Origin: Candidatus Latescibacterota bacterium
GTDB taxonomy: Bacteria > Latescibacterota > UBA2968 > GCA-2709665
Length of the DNA: 64,000 bases
Direction: 5' to 3'
Assembly (NCBI GenBank): GCA_965219995.1
Contig: CBDCOX010000002.1
Span: 2,560,001 to 2,624,000 of the forward strand
Below the pieces are notes generated by a model, which was given only the letters and a program-made list of their open reading frames with translations, was not told where the DNA came from and did no database searches. Numbering within the stretch: position 1 is the stretch's first letter; every line of letters begins with the position of its first letter. Below are positions 10,066 through 20,566 of the stretch, in pieces. A program made the translations under genes and the position numbers.

Positions 10066-11481
10066 ATGACGGACCGAGTAAACACAGCGAGGGGATCAGT
10101 ATACCCGGACCGGGCGCCGGTCATCGATGAACTCCGGTCGCTACTTGGAGATCGGGTGAAGACAGACGTGGATATCCGGGAAGCCCACGCCGGGGACGCG
10201 TCATATCATACGCCGAGAATGCCGGATGCCGTGGTCTTTCCCGCCTGCAATGAGGAAGCGTCGAAGATCGTGGCACTCTGTGCGCGGAACCGGACACCCG
10301 TCGTGCCATACGGGACGGGGACGGCGGTCGAAGGCGGTATCGTCGCCGTCCAGGGCGGGGTGTGCATCGACTTGAGCCATATGAATCGAATCCTGAGGGT
10401 TGGCACAACGGACCTGGACGCAACGGTGGAAGCCGGTGTTACGAGAAAACAGCTTAACAGGCATCTTGCCGAAACAGGGACGGGACTGTACTTCCCGGTG
10501 GATCCAGGAGCGGACGCCTCGCTGGGTGGGATGGCCGCAACCCGGGCGTCGGGCAGCGCGGCGGTGGGATACGGGACGATGCGGGAAAACGTCCTGGGAC
10601 TGACGGCCGTCCTTGCCGACGGCAGCATCATTCACGCCGGCGGAAGGGCGAGGAAATCGTCGGCCGGTTACGATCTGACCCATCTGTTCGTCGGATCCGA
10701 GGGCACGCTGGGTGTCATTACCGAAGTGACGCTGAAACTGGCACGGGTTCCCGAGGCGGTATCCGCGGCGGTCTGTGCGTTTCCCGATATTTCGTCGGCG
10801 ATAAATGCAGTGATTGAAATGATGTCGGCGGGAATTGAAATGGCGCGGATCGAGCTTCTCGACGAGGTTCAGATGGGCGCAATCAACGCTTATTCGGGCT
10901 TTGACTACAGCGTGGCGCCAACCCTGTTTTTCGAGTTCCACGGTTCCGGTTCGTCCGTTGCCGAGCGCGTGGCCGCGGCGAGGCCGGTTGCGGACAGACA
11001 CGGCGGCGAAGATTTCCGATGGGCGACCGGACGAGAGGAACGCGACCGTCTCTGGCAGGCAAGGTACGACGCCTACTACGCGTCACGGACCATGCGGCCG
11101 GGTTCGGTTGGATATGTGACGGATGTGTGCGTTCCGGTTTCAGGACTTGCGGACTGCATCCTCAGAACCAAGGAAGAACTGGAGGAATCATCACTGATTG
11201 CCCCCCTGTTCGGACACGTTGGCGACGGGAACTTTCATGTCGTGTTTCTGATAGATCCCGATCGACCCGGCGAGCTTGCCGAAGCGCGACAATTCGGTGA
11301 GCGCATCGTTGAATTCGCCCTGGAAATGGGCGGAACATGCACCGGTGAACACGGCATCGGAATGGGTAAACTGGCGGCCCTGGAGCAGGAACATGGTAAC
11401 GGGGTGAAGGTCATGCGGGCAATCAAGAAGGCGCTTGACCCGCTCAACATTATGAATCCGGGAAAGGTCGTGAAGGCTTGA
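10066..11481 (+). CDS. FAD-linked oxidase (D-lactate dehydrogenase / GlcD family)
   Basis: PVDPGADASLGGM, GSEGTLGVIT, GHVGDGNFH, GEHGIGMGK, DPLNIMNPGK. Confidence 0.9.
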   Translation: MTDRVNTARGSVYPDRAPVIDELRSLLGDRVKTDVDIREAHAGDASYHTPRMPDAVVFPACNEEASKIVALCARNRTPVVPYGTGTAVEGGIVAVQGGVCIDLSHMNRILRVGTTDLDATVEAGVTRKQLNRHLAETGTGLYFPVDPGADASLGGMAATRASGSAAVGYGTMRENVLGLTAVLADGSIIHAGGRARKSSAGYDLTHLFVGSEGTLGVITEVTLKLARVPEAVSAAVCAFPDISSAINAVIEMMSAGIEMARIELLDEVQMGAINAYSGFDYSVAPTLFFEFHGSGSSVAERVAAARPVADRHGGEDFRWATGREERDRLWQARYDAYYASRTMRPGSVGYVTDVCVPVSGLADCILRTKEELEESSLIAPLFGHVGDGNFHVVFLIDPDRPGELAEARQFGERIVEFALEMGGTCTGEHGIGMGKLAALEQEHGNGVKVMRAIKKALDPLNIMNPGKVVKA

Positions 11482-11512
11482 GTTCGCAGGCACGTAACGA
11501 AATATCCGCGGT

Positions 11513-11533
11513 TGTGAATATTTATTCTTGACA
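11513..11533 (+). promoter_or_regulatory. ARG box overlapping the -35 element of the arg operon promoter
   Basis: TGTGAATATTTATTCTTG matches TGAAT-W4-ATTCA except for the last base and overlaps TTGACA (11528-11533). A second palindrome GGAATAACATTCC abuts the argR ATG. Confidence 0.7.
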
Positions 11534-11590
11534 ACCGGTTATTTTTTGTTTTTATTCGAATATTACACCGGATTTTTGGAATAACATTCC

Positions 11591-12055
11591 ATGGGCGACA
11601 GACAGGAACGACATCGACGCATACTGGATGTGATCTCGTCCCGCGCCATCGGGACCCAGAGGGAGTTGAGCGACGCGCTCGCGGCGGTGGGAATATCCAC
11701 CACACAGTCCACGGTTTCAAAGGACCTGAAACAGCTCGGCATCGTAAAGTCGCCCGACGGCGCGGGAGGTCTTCGCTATCAGGCCCCTGCCGATGCGTCA
11801 ACTGCATATGAAAGCGGGTCGGATCTGCTCGCAAGGGAGTTGAGGGATTTCGTCGTCGAAACGGGCGGGGCGGGGCATACGCTGGTGTTGAAGACGATTA
11901 CCGGTCACGCGCAAGGCGTATGCGAAGCCATCGACCGGGCCGGATGGAGCGAAGTTGTGGGTACGATCGCGGGAGAGAATACAATATTCATCCTGTGCCA
12001 ATCCGTGGACAAGCGAGAGGTATTGAGGGAGCGGGTCCTTGAGATTTCTCAATGA
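11591..12055 (+). CDS. argR: Arginine repressor
   Basis: TQRELSDAL, TTQSTVSKDLKQLG wHTH; VVGTIAGENTIFI arginine-binding motif. Confidence 0.95.
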   Translation: MGDRQERHRRILDVISSRAIGTQRELSDALAAVGISTTQSTVSKDLKQLGIVKSPDGAGGLRYQAPADASTAYESGSDLLARELRDFVVETGGAGHTLVLKTITGHAQGVCEAIDRAGWSEVVGTIAGENTIFILCQSVDKREVLRERVLEISQ

Positions 12056-12073
12056 CGTCGCCGGGGGATTCGC

Positions 12074-13018
12074 GTGGCTCTGAACATCGGCATTTTTGGC
12101 GATACCGGGATGGTCGGCCAGGAGATCGAACGCGTTCTGGCGCATCACGACCGTGCGGAAATCGTCTTTCGGCAGAATTCCAGGCGCCGGCAGGGGACCG
12201 TGGACGAGTGCGACCTGGTTTTCCTGGCGACAAAGGACCCGGAATCCATGCGGTACGCGCCCCAGGCACTGCAGGCGGGCGCAAGAGTCATCGATATGAG
12301 CGGCGCGTTCCGGTTGCCGCGGCGGCTGTTCGAAGCGGGCTACGGACTGGAACACCGTTCGCCGGAATTGCTCGAGGAGGCGGTTTACGGGATGCCCGCG
12401 CTGTTTTCCGACCGGATTGGCGGCGCACGGCTTGTCGGCAATCCGGGCTGCTATCCGACCAGCGTCATTCTGGCTCTGAAGCCGTTGACGGGCCTGCTGC
12501 AAGGGGAAGCGACGATCGTGGCGACGTCGGGAAATTCAGGGGCCCGGAGGGAGGTGGAACCGGAACCCGACGAAGTAACCTACAGTTTCGGCCGGCGACA
12601 CAAGCACGTGCCGGAGATGGAATATTACTCCGGGTTTCGCGTGAATTTCACGCCGGTCGTTCTGAGGTCGGTGTTCGCGGGTATCAATGCGAATATACGG
12701 ATCGAACTGGCCGACAGCCTGAAGTCGGTCCCCGCGCGTGAAACAGGCAAACGGCTGATTGAGGGCATCGCCTCCGCGTATACCGACGAAGACCTGGTCT
12801 GTCCCGTTGAGGACACCGATGACAAGCAATGGGGCACCCGCGACGTCGTAGGCACGCACCGGTTGGCGATCAAGGTGGGCGTGGACGACGGGTTCGCCTA
12901 TATCTGCGCGATGGAAGACAATCTGGGCAAGGGCGCAGCCAGCCAGGCGGTGGAAAACATGAACCTGATGTGCGGTCTTCCCAGACTCTATGGTATTGAC
13001 GGGGTCTACAGCACGTGA
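12074..13018 (+). CDS. argC: N-acetyl-gamma-glutamyl-phosphate reductase
   Basis: VIDMSGAFRL, GNPGCYPT catalytic Cys, DNLGKGAASQAVENMNLM. Confidence 0.95.
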   Translation: MALNIGIFGDTGMVGQEIERVLAHHDRAEIVFRQNSRRRQGTVDECDLVFLATKDPESMRYAPQALQAGARVIDMSGAFRLPRRLFEAGYGLEHRSPELLEEAVYGMPALFSDRIGGARLVGNPGCYPTSVILALKPLTGLLQGEATIVATSGNSGARREVEPEPDEVTYSFGRRHKHVPEMEYYSGFRVNFTPVVLRSVFAGINANIRIELADSLKSVPARETGKRLIEGIASAYTDEDLVCPVEDTDDKQWGTRDVVGTHRLAIKVGVDDGFAYICAMEDNLGKGAASQAVENMNLMCGLPRLYGIDGVYST

Positions 13019-13060
13019 TGCGCCGCGGGCTCAGGCCGTGCGGTATTGAAGGATTGTGCG

Positions 13061-13939
13061 ATGGAGCAGTTCATCCGGAAAGCCGCCACGCTGGTTGAGG
13101 CGTTTCCCTATATCCGGTCGTTTCGGGACAAGATCGTCGTTGTGAAATACGGGGGCAGCACACAGCCGGACGACGGCGGATCGGACACGATTCTGGCGGA
13201 CCTGGTCTTTATGGAAACGGTTGGGATGCGACCGGTGGTGGTGCACGGCGGCGGCAAGGAGATCAGCAGACGCCTGGATGACGCGGGACTGGAGTCGAAG
13301 TGGATCAACGGATTGCGGGTTACGGACGCGGATTCGATGCAGGTGGTTGAACACACACTGTTCGGCGTGGTCAACAGACGGATTGTCGAGGGAATCCGGT
13401 CGCTGGAGGGTTGCGCAATCGGGATGTCGGCGAAGGAAGCCGGCGTGATGCACGTCAGGAAACACGATGCGCGGGCAGCCCCCGATGGAAAGCCGGTGGA
13501 CATCGGGTTCGTGGGCGACGTACACCGGGTGAATCCGGAACCGGTCCGCCGGGCATGCCTGGAAGAGACGATTCCGGTGATCGCGCCGATCGGCCTCGGT
13601 CCCGACGGCAGGAGTTACAACGTGAACGCGGACACGGCCGCGGGAGAAATCGCACGGACGCTGGAGGCGGAGAAGCTGGTTTTCCTGACGGACGTCAATG
13701 GCATTCTGAGAGACAGCGCCGATCCGGAATCCAGAATTTCCACGTTGCACGTCGATGACGCGGTGAGCCTCATTCAGGACGGTACGGCAAAAGGAGGGAT
13801 GATTCCGAAGCTTCAGGCTTGTGTGCGTTCCGTGAGAGGGGGCGTGAAGAAGACCCATATCATCGACGGGCGGGTGCCCCACGCATTGCTGCTCGAAGTC
13901 TTTACGCGCGAGGGTATCGGTACCGAGATTGTTCAATGA
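13061..13939 (+). CDS. argB: Acetylglutamate kinase
   Basis: VVKYGG, VVVHGGG, GLRVTD, YNVNADTAAG, GGMIPK. Confidence 0.95.
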   Translation: MEQFIRKAATLVEAFPYIRSFRDKIVVVKYGGSTQPDDGGSDTILADLVFMETVGMRPVVVHGGGKEISRRLDDAGLESKWINGLRVTDADSMQVVEHTLFGVVNRRIVEGIRSLEGCAIGMSAKEAGVMHVRKHDARAAPDGKPVDIGFVGDVHRVNPEPVRRACLEETIPVIAPIGLGPDGRSYNVNADTAAGEIARTLEAEKLVFLTDVNGILRDSADPESRISTLHVDDAVSLIQDGTAKGGMIPKLQACVRSVRGGVKKTHIIDGRVPHALLLEVFTREGIGTEIVQ

Positions 13940-13991
13940 AGCGGCGACGCGGTCCGGGTCGCACGCAGGAAACCCAACCAACCGGGAGTGG

Positions 13992-15191
13992 ATGATGGAT
14001 ACGAAAGCGATCATCGATCTGGAACGAAACTACATACTGCAGACGTACGGGCGGCCCGACTTCGTCCTGGAGCGGGGAGACGGGGTACACCTGTTCGACA
14101 CCGACGGGAACCGGTATCTGGATTTCGTGAGCGGGTTGTCCGTGAATGCGCTGGGATACAATAACCCGATCATCGGCGATGCGATGGCCGCGCAGGCGAA
14201 GAAGCTGATCCACGTTTCGAACCTGTACCATACGATCCCCGCGCCCCGGCTGGCAAAATTGCTCTGCGAGCGTTCATTCGCGGACCGTGTGTTCTTTTGC
14301 AACAGCGGCACCGAGTCCTGGGAAGCCGCGCTGAAGTTTGCGAGAAAGTGGGGGTACAGGAATTTCGAGGATCGCGCGAAGCACAAGTTCATTGCGATGA
14401 ACAACTCGTTTCACGGACGCACGATGGGGTCGGTTTCCACGACCGGCCAGCCGAAGTACCACAAGGGTTTCGGACCCATGTTGCCCGGAATCTCGTTCGC
14501 GGAATTCAACGATCTCGAATCGGTGGAGCGGCTCGTGGACGCGGAGACGGTGGCGGTACTCCTGGAGCCCCTGCAGGCGGAGGGCGGCATTCATACGGCG
14601 GATCCGGAATTTCTCGAAGGGCTTCGGCAGTTGTGCGACGAGATGAAGATGCTGCTGGTGTTCGATGAAATCCAGTCCGGTCTCTGCCGGACAGGCGCCC
14701 TGTTCTGTTACGAACACTATGGCGTGTCGCCGGACATCATGACGCTGGCCAAGCCCCTGGCCGGGGGCCTGCCGATTGGCGCGACCCTGATGAGCCAGGC
14801 CGTTGCCGATGCCGTGGAGGCCAGCGACCATGCGGCCACGTTCGGGGCGCATCCGGTCAGCTGCGCCGTGGGCATCGAGGTCTTCAAGCAGCTCTCCGAA
14901 CCGGGATTCATCGCGGCCGTAAGGGCGAAGGGCGACCATCTGACCAGCCGGCTGAACGCGCTTGAGGAAAAGTACCCCGATAAGATCAACGAGGTCCGCG
15001 GCAGGGGGTTGATCGCGGGTGCGGTGCTGGCCGACACTCCGGCCGCGGACGTGATGGGCGCCTTTCGGGAAAAGGGGATCCTGGTTTGCGTCGCCGGACC
15101 GGACGTGGTGCGCTTCCTGCCGCCCCTGGTGATCGAACAGGCGGATATCGATCAGGTCATGGACGCGTTCGATGAAATCCTGAAGGGATAG
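13992..15191 (+). CDS. argD: Acetylornithine aminotransferase
   Basis: FFCNSGTE, SFHGRT, FDEIQSG, TLAKPLAGGLPIG (PLP Lys). Confidence 0.92.
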   Translation: MMDTKAIIDLERNYILQTYGRPDFVLERGDGVHLFDTDGNRYLDFVSGLSVNALGYNNPIIGDAMAAQAKKLIHVSNLYHTIPAPRLAKLLCERSFADRVFFCNSGTESWEAALKFARKWGYRNFEDRAKHKFIAMNNSFHGRTMGSVSTTGQPKYHKGFGPMLPGISFAEFNDLESVERLVDAETVAVLLEPLQAEGGIHTADPEFLEGLRQLCDEMKMLLVFDEIQSGLCRTGALFCYEHYGVSPDIMTLAKPLAGGLPIGATLMSQAVADAVEASDHAATFGAHPVSCAVGIEVFKQLSEPGFIAAVRAKGDHLTSRLNALEEKYPDKINEVRGRGLIAGAVLADTPAADVMGAFREKGILVCVAGPDVVRFLPPLVIEQADIDQVMDAFDEILKG

Positions 15192-15229
15192 GAACCCGGC
15201 CGAAAGTCGAAGGGAAAGGAGTACGCGGG

Positions 15230-16483
15230 ATGAAAGTGGCGGATATTCGGGGAAAGCGGATTGCGCTGGCGGCCTCGGGCGGGCTCGACAGTTGCACGGT
15301 CACGCGCTGGCTGGCCGACCAGGGGGTGGAGGTGGTCGGCATCACCGCAGACATCGGACAGCCGGACGAGGACGACATCGCGGATATCGGACGGCGAATG
15401 CTGGACTGCGGGGCCGTGGAATCGGTTATTCTGGATCTGAAGGCGGAACTGGCCCGGGAAGCGATCACCATGCTTCTTGCCAACGCCGTTTATGAAGGCG
15501 GATACTGGAATACCACGGGGCTTGCCCGACACGTGACCGCGCAGGGCATTCTCAACGAGATGCAGGCGCGGGCCATCGACGTGCTCGCGCACGGAGCCAC
15601 GGGCCGCGGGAACGATCAGGTGCGTTTCCAGCTGGTCGCCAATATGCTCTCGCCCACCGTCAAGGTGTACGCACCCTGGCGGGACGACGCCTTCCTGGAA
15701 CATTTCGGCGGGCGCAGGGAGATGATCGCTTACTGCCAGGCCCGGAACCTGCCGATTACCGCCACGCAGGACAAGCCGTATTCGACGGATGCGAATCTGT
15801 TGGGATTGACCCATGAGGCGGGCAGACTCGAATATCTCGACGTGGGGGCGGATTTCATCGAGCCGGGAATGGGCGTTTTCCCCGCGGACGCGCCAGACCG
15901 CCCGGAGACGTTCTCCGTGACGCTGGAAGCGGGGCGTCCGGTCCTCGTGAACGGGGAGCCCGTGGATGCCGTCTCCGCGATCGCCACGGCCAACGACGTT
16001 GGCGGGCGTCACGGCGTGGGCATCGGCATCCACACGGTCGAGAACCGCTTCGTGGGCATAAAATCCAGAGGGGTGTACGAGAGTCCGGGGCTCGCACTGC
16101 TTGGCGCGTGCTACCAGTTTCTGCTGCAGCAGGTGCTGGACCGGAGGGCGCGGCGATTCTACGATTCGCTTTCCTCGGTGCTTGCCGAGCAGATCTATCA
16201 GGGATACTATTTCGACCTGTCGTCGCAGATGATTCGCGGCGCTCTGTCGCCCGTTCGGAAGCTGGCCGAGGGTTCGGTGACTGTTTCGGTCTACAAGGGT
16301 ACGGTAACGTATCAATCCTCGGAAGCCGTGGCCCATTCGCTGTATTCGTCCGAACTGTCCTCGATGGAAGCGATCGGCGACTACGACCATCGGGATTCGG
16401 AGGGATTTCTGAACGTGCTGGGCGTGAGTGCGAAAGCGTTGAATGCTTCGCGCCAGGTGATTGAGGGAGTGTCGGAAGACTGA
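15230..16483 (+). CDS. argG: Argininosuccinate synthase
   Basis: ASGGLDS, HGATGRGNDQVRF, ENRFVGIKSRGVYESPG. Confidence 0.95.
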   Translation: MKVADIRGKRIALAASGGLDSCTVTRWLADQGVEVVGITADIGQPDEDDIADIGRRMLDCGAVESVILDLKAELAREAITMLLANAVYEGGYWNTTGLARHVTAQGILNEMQARAIDVLAHGATGRGNDQVRFQLVANMLSPTVKVYAPWRDDAFLEHFGGRREMIAYCQARNLPITATQDKPYSTDANLLGLTHEAGRLEYLDVGADFIEPGMGVFPADAPDRPETFSVTLEAGRPVLVNGEPVDAVSAIATANDVGGRHGVGIGIHTVENRFVGIKSRGVYESPGLALLGACYQFLLQQVLDRRARRFYDSLSSVLAEQIYQGYYFDLSSQMIRGALSPVRKLAEGSVTVSVYKGTVTYQSSEAVAHSLYSSELSSMEAIGDYDHRDSEGFLNVLGVSAKALNASRQVIEGVSED

Positions 16484-16544
16484 GAAACACACAGTCCGAG
16501 TCCTTTGATCATTTTGAGACCATGGCGGTTTGTTGGAGAATTCG

Positions 16545-17951
16545 ATGGACGGATCCCCAGAAAAACCCTGGTCGGGGCGGTTTGACAAGCCGTCGGACAG
16601 CAACATGGAGCAATTCAATGCGTCGATCGGGTTCGACCGGCGGCTGTACAGGGCGGACATCGCCGGAAGCCGGGCGCAGGCGAAAGCGCTCGCGAAGATC
16701 GGCGTCTTGACGTCTGAGGAACTGGAACGCATCCTGGACGGGTTGGACCAGGTGGAAACCGAGATTGCCGAAGACCGCCTTGAACTGACGGACCGTCTGG
16801 AAGACATCCACATGGCGGTCGAGGCGCGGCTGATCGAGATCGCGGGCGAGGTGGGCGGCAAGATTCATACGGGGCGCAGCCGGAACGATCAGGTGGCGCT
16901 GGCTGAGCGGTTGTATCTGCGGGAGGCGGCAGGGGATACCATTGCCGGTATCGACCGGTTGCAGGCCGTACTGGTGGACTTCGCCGCCAGGCACATCGAC
17001 GTCTTGATGCCGGGATATACACATCTGCAGCAGGCGCAGCCCGTGCGTCTGTCGCACTATGCCATGGCATTGTTCTGGATGCTGGAAAGAGACCGCGGAC
17101 GATTCGCGGCCTGCTCCAATCGGGCAGATGCCATGCCGCTCGGATCGGGCGCTCTCGCCGGAAGCGCCTTTCCGATCGACCGTGAATTCCTGGCATCGGA
17201 ACTGGGTTTCTCGCGGATAACCGAAAACAGTATCGACGCGGTGAGCGACCGCGACTATCTCCTGGAGTACATGTCCGGCGCGGCAATTCTCATGGGACAC
17301 CTGAGCCGGTTCTGCGAGGACCTGGTCGTGTGGTCATCGTCCGAGTTCGGGTTTATCGAACTCGACGACGCGTACAGCACCGGTTCGAGCATGATGCCGC
17401 AGAAGAAGAACCCGGATTCGCTGGAGTTGATCCGAGGAAAGACGGGGCGGGTGTTCGGCAATCTGATGTCGCTGTTGACGGTGATGAAAGGATTGTCCCT
17501 GACCTATTCGAAGGATCTGCAGGAGGACAAAGAGGCCTTCTTTGATACGGTCGATACGATCAATCAGTCGCTGGTGGTTTTTGCAGGCGCATGGGAAACC
17601 ATGACGGTGATGTCCGAGCGAATGCGCGAAACGCTCGACGGCACCGTCGTAGCGACGGATCTGGCGGATTACCTGGTGCGGAAGGGGCTGCCCTTTCGAG
17701 AGACTCACAGAATCGTGGGCGGGTTGGTCCGGAAGGCCCTGTCGCAGGGAACCCGCCTGGACGATCTGGACCTGCAGACGCTCCGGTCTGCGTGCGATTT
17801 GTTCGAGGCGGACGTTGCGGAGTCGCTCCGCATCGAGGATGGAATCGACCGCCGGGACCTGGAAGGCGGGACCGGCTACCGGGCCGTTCTGGCGCAGATC
17901 CGGGAGGGAAGGCGGAACCTTGACCTGAGACGCCGGGGAGCGCAAGGGTGA
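16545..17951 (+). CDS. argH: Argininosuccinate lyase
   Basis: WSGRF, HTGRSRNDQ, PGYTHLQQAQP, GSSMMPQKKNPD. Confidence 0.97.
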   Translation: MDGSPEKPWSGRFDKPSDSNMEQFNASIGFDRRLYRADIAGSRAQAKALAKIGVLTSEELERILDGLDQVETEIAEDRLELTDRLEDIHMAVEARLIEIAGEVGGKIHTGRSRNDQVALAERLYLREAAGDTIAGIDRLQAVLVDFAARHIDVLMPGYTHLQQAQPVRLSHYAMALFWMLERDRGRFAACSNRADAMPLGSGALAGSAFPIDREFLASELGFSRITENSIDAVSDRDYLLEYMSGAAILMGHLSRFCEDLVVWSSSEFGFIELDDAYSTGSSMMPQKKNPDSLELIRGKTGRVFGNLMSLLTVMKGLSLTYSKDLQEDKEAFFDTVDTINQSLVVFAGAWETMTVMSERMRETLDGTVVATDLADYLVRKGLPFRETHRIVGGLVRKALSQGTRLDDLDLQTLRSACDLFEADVAESLRIEDGIDRRDLEGGTGYRAVLAQIREGRRNLDLRRRGAQG

Positions 17952-18583
17952 AGTCCTTCAACGAGCGTGACGTGCGACGGCACTACGACCTCCTGCAGCA
18001 CCGTCCGGAACTCGGCCTCACGCAAATGAAGGCCACGGATGGGGAACACGTTATTGGCATCGGACTGTTCGATAACGAGCCCGATTTCGTATCAGAGTGC
18101 CGGCGCTACAATGGGTTGGGTACGCTGTCCGTGGGTGTGAACCCGAGGTCGAATCGCCTGTTGCACGACTATGGCGGATTGAAGAACCGCATGCGTACCC
18201 TGTTCATGGACGTCGTCGAGGAAGGCGATATCGACTACGTAACCGGATTGGCCGTGCGCGATCCGAAACGGCTCGCCAGACCTCCACGGAAGTACCTGCG
18301 CGACGCTTCGGTCTTCGCGGACGGGGAGGTGTTCTTTCCGCTCGACAAGGCGGTGCCTGTTTCTCGCGATTCCCGGCATAACGTACGGCGGCAGCTGGAC
18401 GTCTGGCTCTTCGGCGCAACCGATTCCGGCGGGATCGATCCAATGCAATTCGTACGGGTTGCGGGAACGGCGACGTCCGATGACGGATGGTTCAGGCGGC
18501 GGACGGCATTCAAGAGATTTCGTCCCTACATCATGGACGGCATCACGTCTGAGATTGAGAAACTGACGGACGAATCGGTTTAA
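17948..18583 (+). CDS. Hypothetical protein coupled to argH (weak primase-like resemblance)
   Basis: GTG start overlapping the argH TGA; 211 aa with globular composition. Confidence 0.6.
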   Translation: MKSFNERDVRRHYDLLQHRPELGLTQMKATDGEHVIGIGLFDNEPDFVSECRRYNGLGTLSVGVNPRSNRLLHDYGGLKNRMRTLFMDVVEEGDIDYVTGLAVRDPKRLARPPRKYLRDASVFADGEVFFPLDKAVPVSRDSRHNVRRQLDVWLFGATDSGGIDPMQFVRVAGTATSDDGWFRRRTAFKRFRPYIMDGITSEIEKLTDESV

Positions 18584-18772
18584 CCGCCACGGAAGCGGAA
18601 CCTTGTGTCCGCCGGGGCGTTTATGGGGCAGTGTTCTGCGCCGGACCGTCGTCTGGCACGCGGGTCGACGACCCGTTTTTTTTCTATATGCCGGTTCGCA
18701 TGCTTGACCTCTTGGAATATCGCGTACATTGAAGTCGCGTCAGGAAGTCACCTCACATCCAGGGAGACGGAT

Positions 18773-19822
18773 ATGTTCCGAAAAACGACCGCTTTGATTT
18801 GCGCCAGTTGTCTGCTTTGGACCAGCCTCATTGGCGCGGGCAATACAATGGCGGCGGAATCCACAGGTACAGAGGCGGAAAAGAAGAACGGCGAAGAACG
18901 CCCCAAAACCATCCGGACGATCGAAGCTCTGGACGACGCCGGCTGGTCGATCGTGGACGTGAGGCAGATTACGGGAAATCTGATCATACTGAGCCCGCTG
19001 GTGGGACCGGAGATCGACCTGGAAGAGAGTAACCGTTATTCTCTCTTTCAAGGGAGAAGCGTCTATAACGAGCGGGTCCACCTGCGGTTTTTCGACATCG
19101 CGATTCCCGGTCTTCAGACAGCCACGTTTCTGAAACTCGGGGAACGCGTGATGGTGAGGATCCGGTATCGGTCGGGTTCGGAGATCGCGGACAGGACGAT
19201 GCCGGTGGGCGATGAGGATGCGCTTCGAAGGCTGCGCGAGTACGTCGAGCATTTTGACGAGGTGAGGAAGGGCGAATACAAGATTGGATTCGAATCCGGC
19301 TTGCCCGAAGATGCGGAATATCCGATGTATACCGATCGGGAGGTCTCTTTCACAGAACGGCGCACCCGGGCGGGGATCACGCGCCGTCTTCGGGGCGGGG
19401 TGGTTCTCAAGGACGGCGAGCGGATACAGGGTCAATTGCTGCCGGAATATGACGACGGGACCATACTGGTCCAATCCGGGCTCGACGCCAGGCGGGTTCC
19501 GGTTGAAGATATCGACCGGGTACTGTTCCATCGGGGGCGGCGATCCAGAAAGCTCGGCACCGCCGTACGAATGGGAGTGGGGGGCGCCGTGTCAGGCGCG
19601 ATTATGGGTACGTTTGCCGCCTGGCAGACGGACTCTCCGGTCAAGGAGACGGCCATTCTGTTCGGCGCAATATCAGGCGGGATCGGGTTTCTCACCGGTC
19701 TGTTCCGCTCTCGAGGCGGTCCTGGCAATCGGGAGTTCGTGCTCGGACCTGTTAGCGACGGTCGGGACAGCAAGAAAGACGGGAAAGAAGACAAGGAAAA
19801 ACGTGAGTCAGGCGGGAAATAG
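18773..19822 (+). CDS. Hypothetical exported/membrane protein
   Basis: RBS GGGAG; signal-peptide-like N-terminus MFRKTTALICASCLLW; two Gly-rich hydrophobic helices near the C-terminus. Confidence 0.65.
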   Translation: MFRKTTALICASCLLWTSLIGAGNTMAAESTGTEAEKKNGEERPKTIRTIEALDDAGWSIVDVRQITGNLIILSPLVGPEIDLEESNRYSLFQGRSVYNERVHLRFFDIAIPGLQTATFLKLGERVMVRIRYRSGSEIADRTMPVGDEDALRRLREYVEHFDEVRKGEYKIGFESGLPEDAEYPMYTDREVSFTERRTRAGITRRLRGGVVLKDGERIQGQLLPEYDDGTILVQSGLDARRVPVEDIDRVLFHRGRRSRKLGTAVRMGVGGAVSGAIMGTFAAWQTDSPVKETAILFGAISGGIGFLTGLFRSRGGPGNREFVLGPVSDGRDSKKDGKEDKEKRESGGK

Positions 19823-19929
19823 GTTGATATTTCGGCCCGGTCGGGAATCTTCCGCGGACAATCCTCGACGAAACCGGTCATGCGCCATCGGGATCCGTTC
19901 GGCATCGGCTTCGATGTGGGGAGGATGAA

Positions 19930-20445
19930 TTGGGAATCTTGCGGTTTCAGGAACTTTCACCGGCGGTAGACGATTCCGCGTTTCTCGCTGAAGGAGCGAT
20001 ACTCGTCGGAGAGGTGTGTGTCTCGGCGGAGGCGAGCATCTGGTTCAATGCCGTGTTGCGCGGCGACGAGGAGCCGATCAGGATCGGCAGAGGGTCCAAC
20101 ATCCAGGACGGAGCGGTCCTGCATACTGATCCCGGATGCCCCTGTACCGTGGGAGAGTACGTTACGGTCGGACACAACGCAATTCTACACGGCTGTACCG
20201 TGGAGCGCGGGTCGACCATCGGGATGGGCGCGACGGTCTTAAATCATGCCCGGGTCGGCGAGGAGGCGCTCGTTGCGGCAAATGCGCTCGTGCTCGAAGG
20301 GATGGAAATCCCGTCCCGGACGCTGGCCGCGGGCGTGCCGGCCAGGGTACGGCGGGACCTGACGGAAGAAGAGATCGCAAATTTCAGGAAGAATACGGAT
20401 GGGTACGTCAGGAGGGGGAAGGTCTACAAGGGACAAGGCCGGTAA
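19930..20445 (+). CDS. Gamma-carbonic anhydrase family (YrdA/PaaY-like) protein
   Basis: IWFNAVLRGD, NIQDGAVLH, VTVGHNAILHGC hexapeptide repeats with three His ligands. Confidence 0.92.
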   Translation: MGILRFQELSPAVDDSAFLAEGAILVGEVCVSAEASIWFNAVLRGDEEPIRIGRGSNIQDGAVLHTDPGCPCTVGEYVTVGHNAILHGCTVERGSTIGMGATVLNHARVGEEALVAANALVLEGMEIPSRTLAAGVPARVRRDLTEEEIANFRKNTDGYVRRGKVYKGQGR

Positions 20446-20566
20446 GATGGGCAAAGAGATTCGTCGAAGGCGGGCTGGATATTGTTCGAGCCCGCTATTT
20501 TTGTACCTGTGGTCGACGCGCAAGAAGAGGCAACCACTGTCGCACGACATCGGTGAAGATCGGGAT

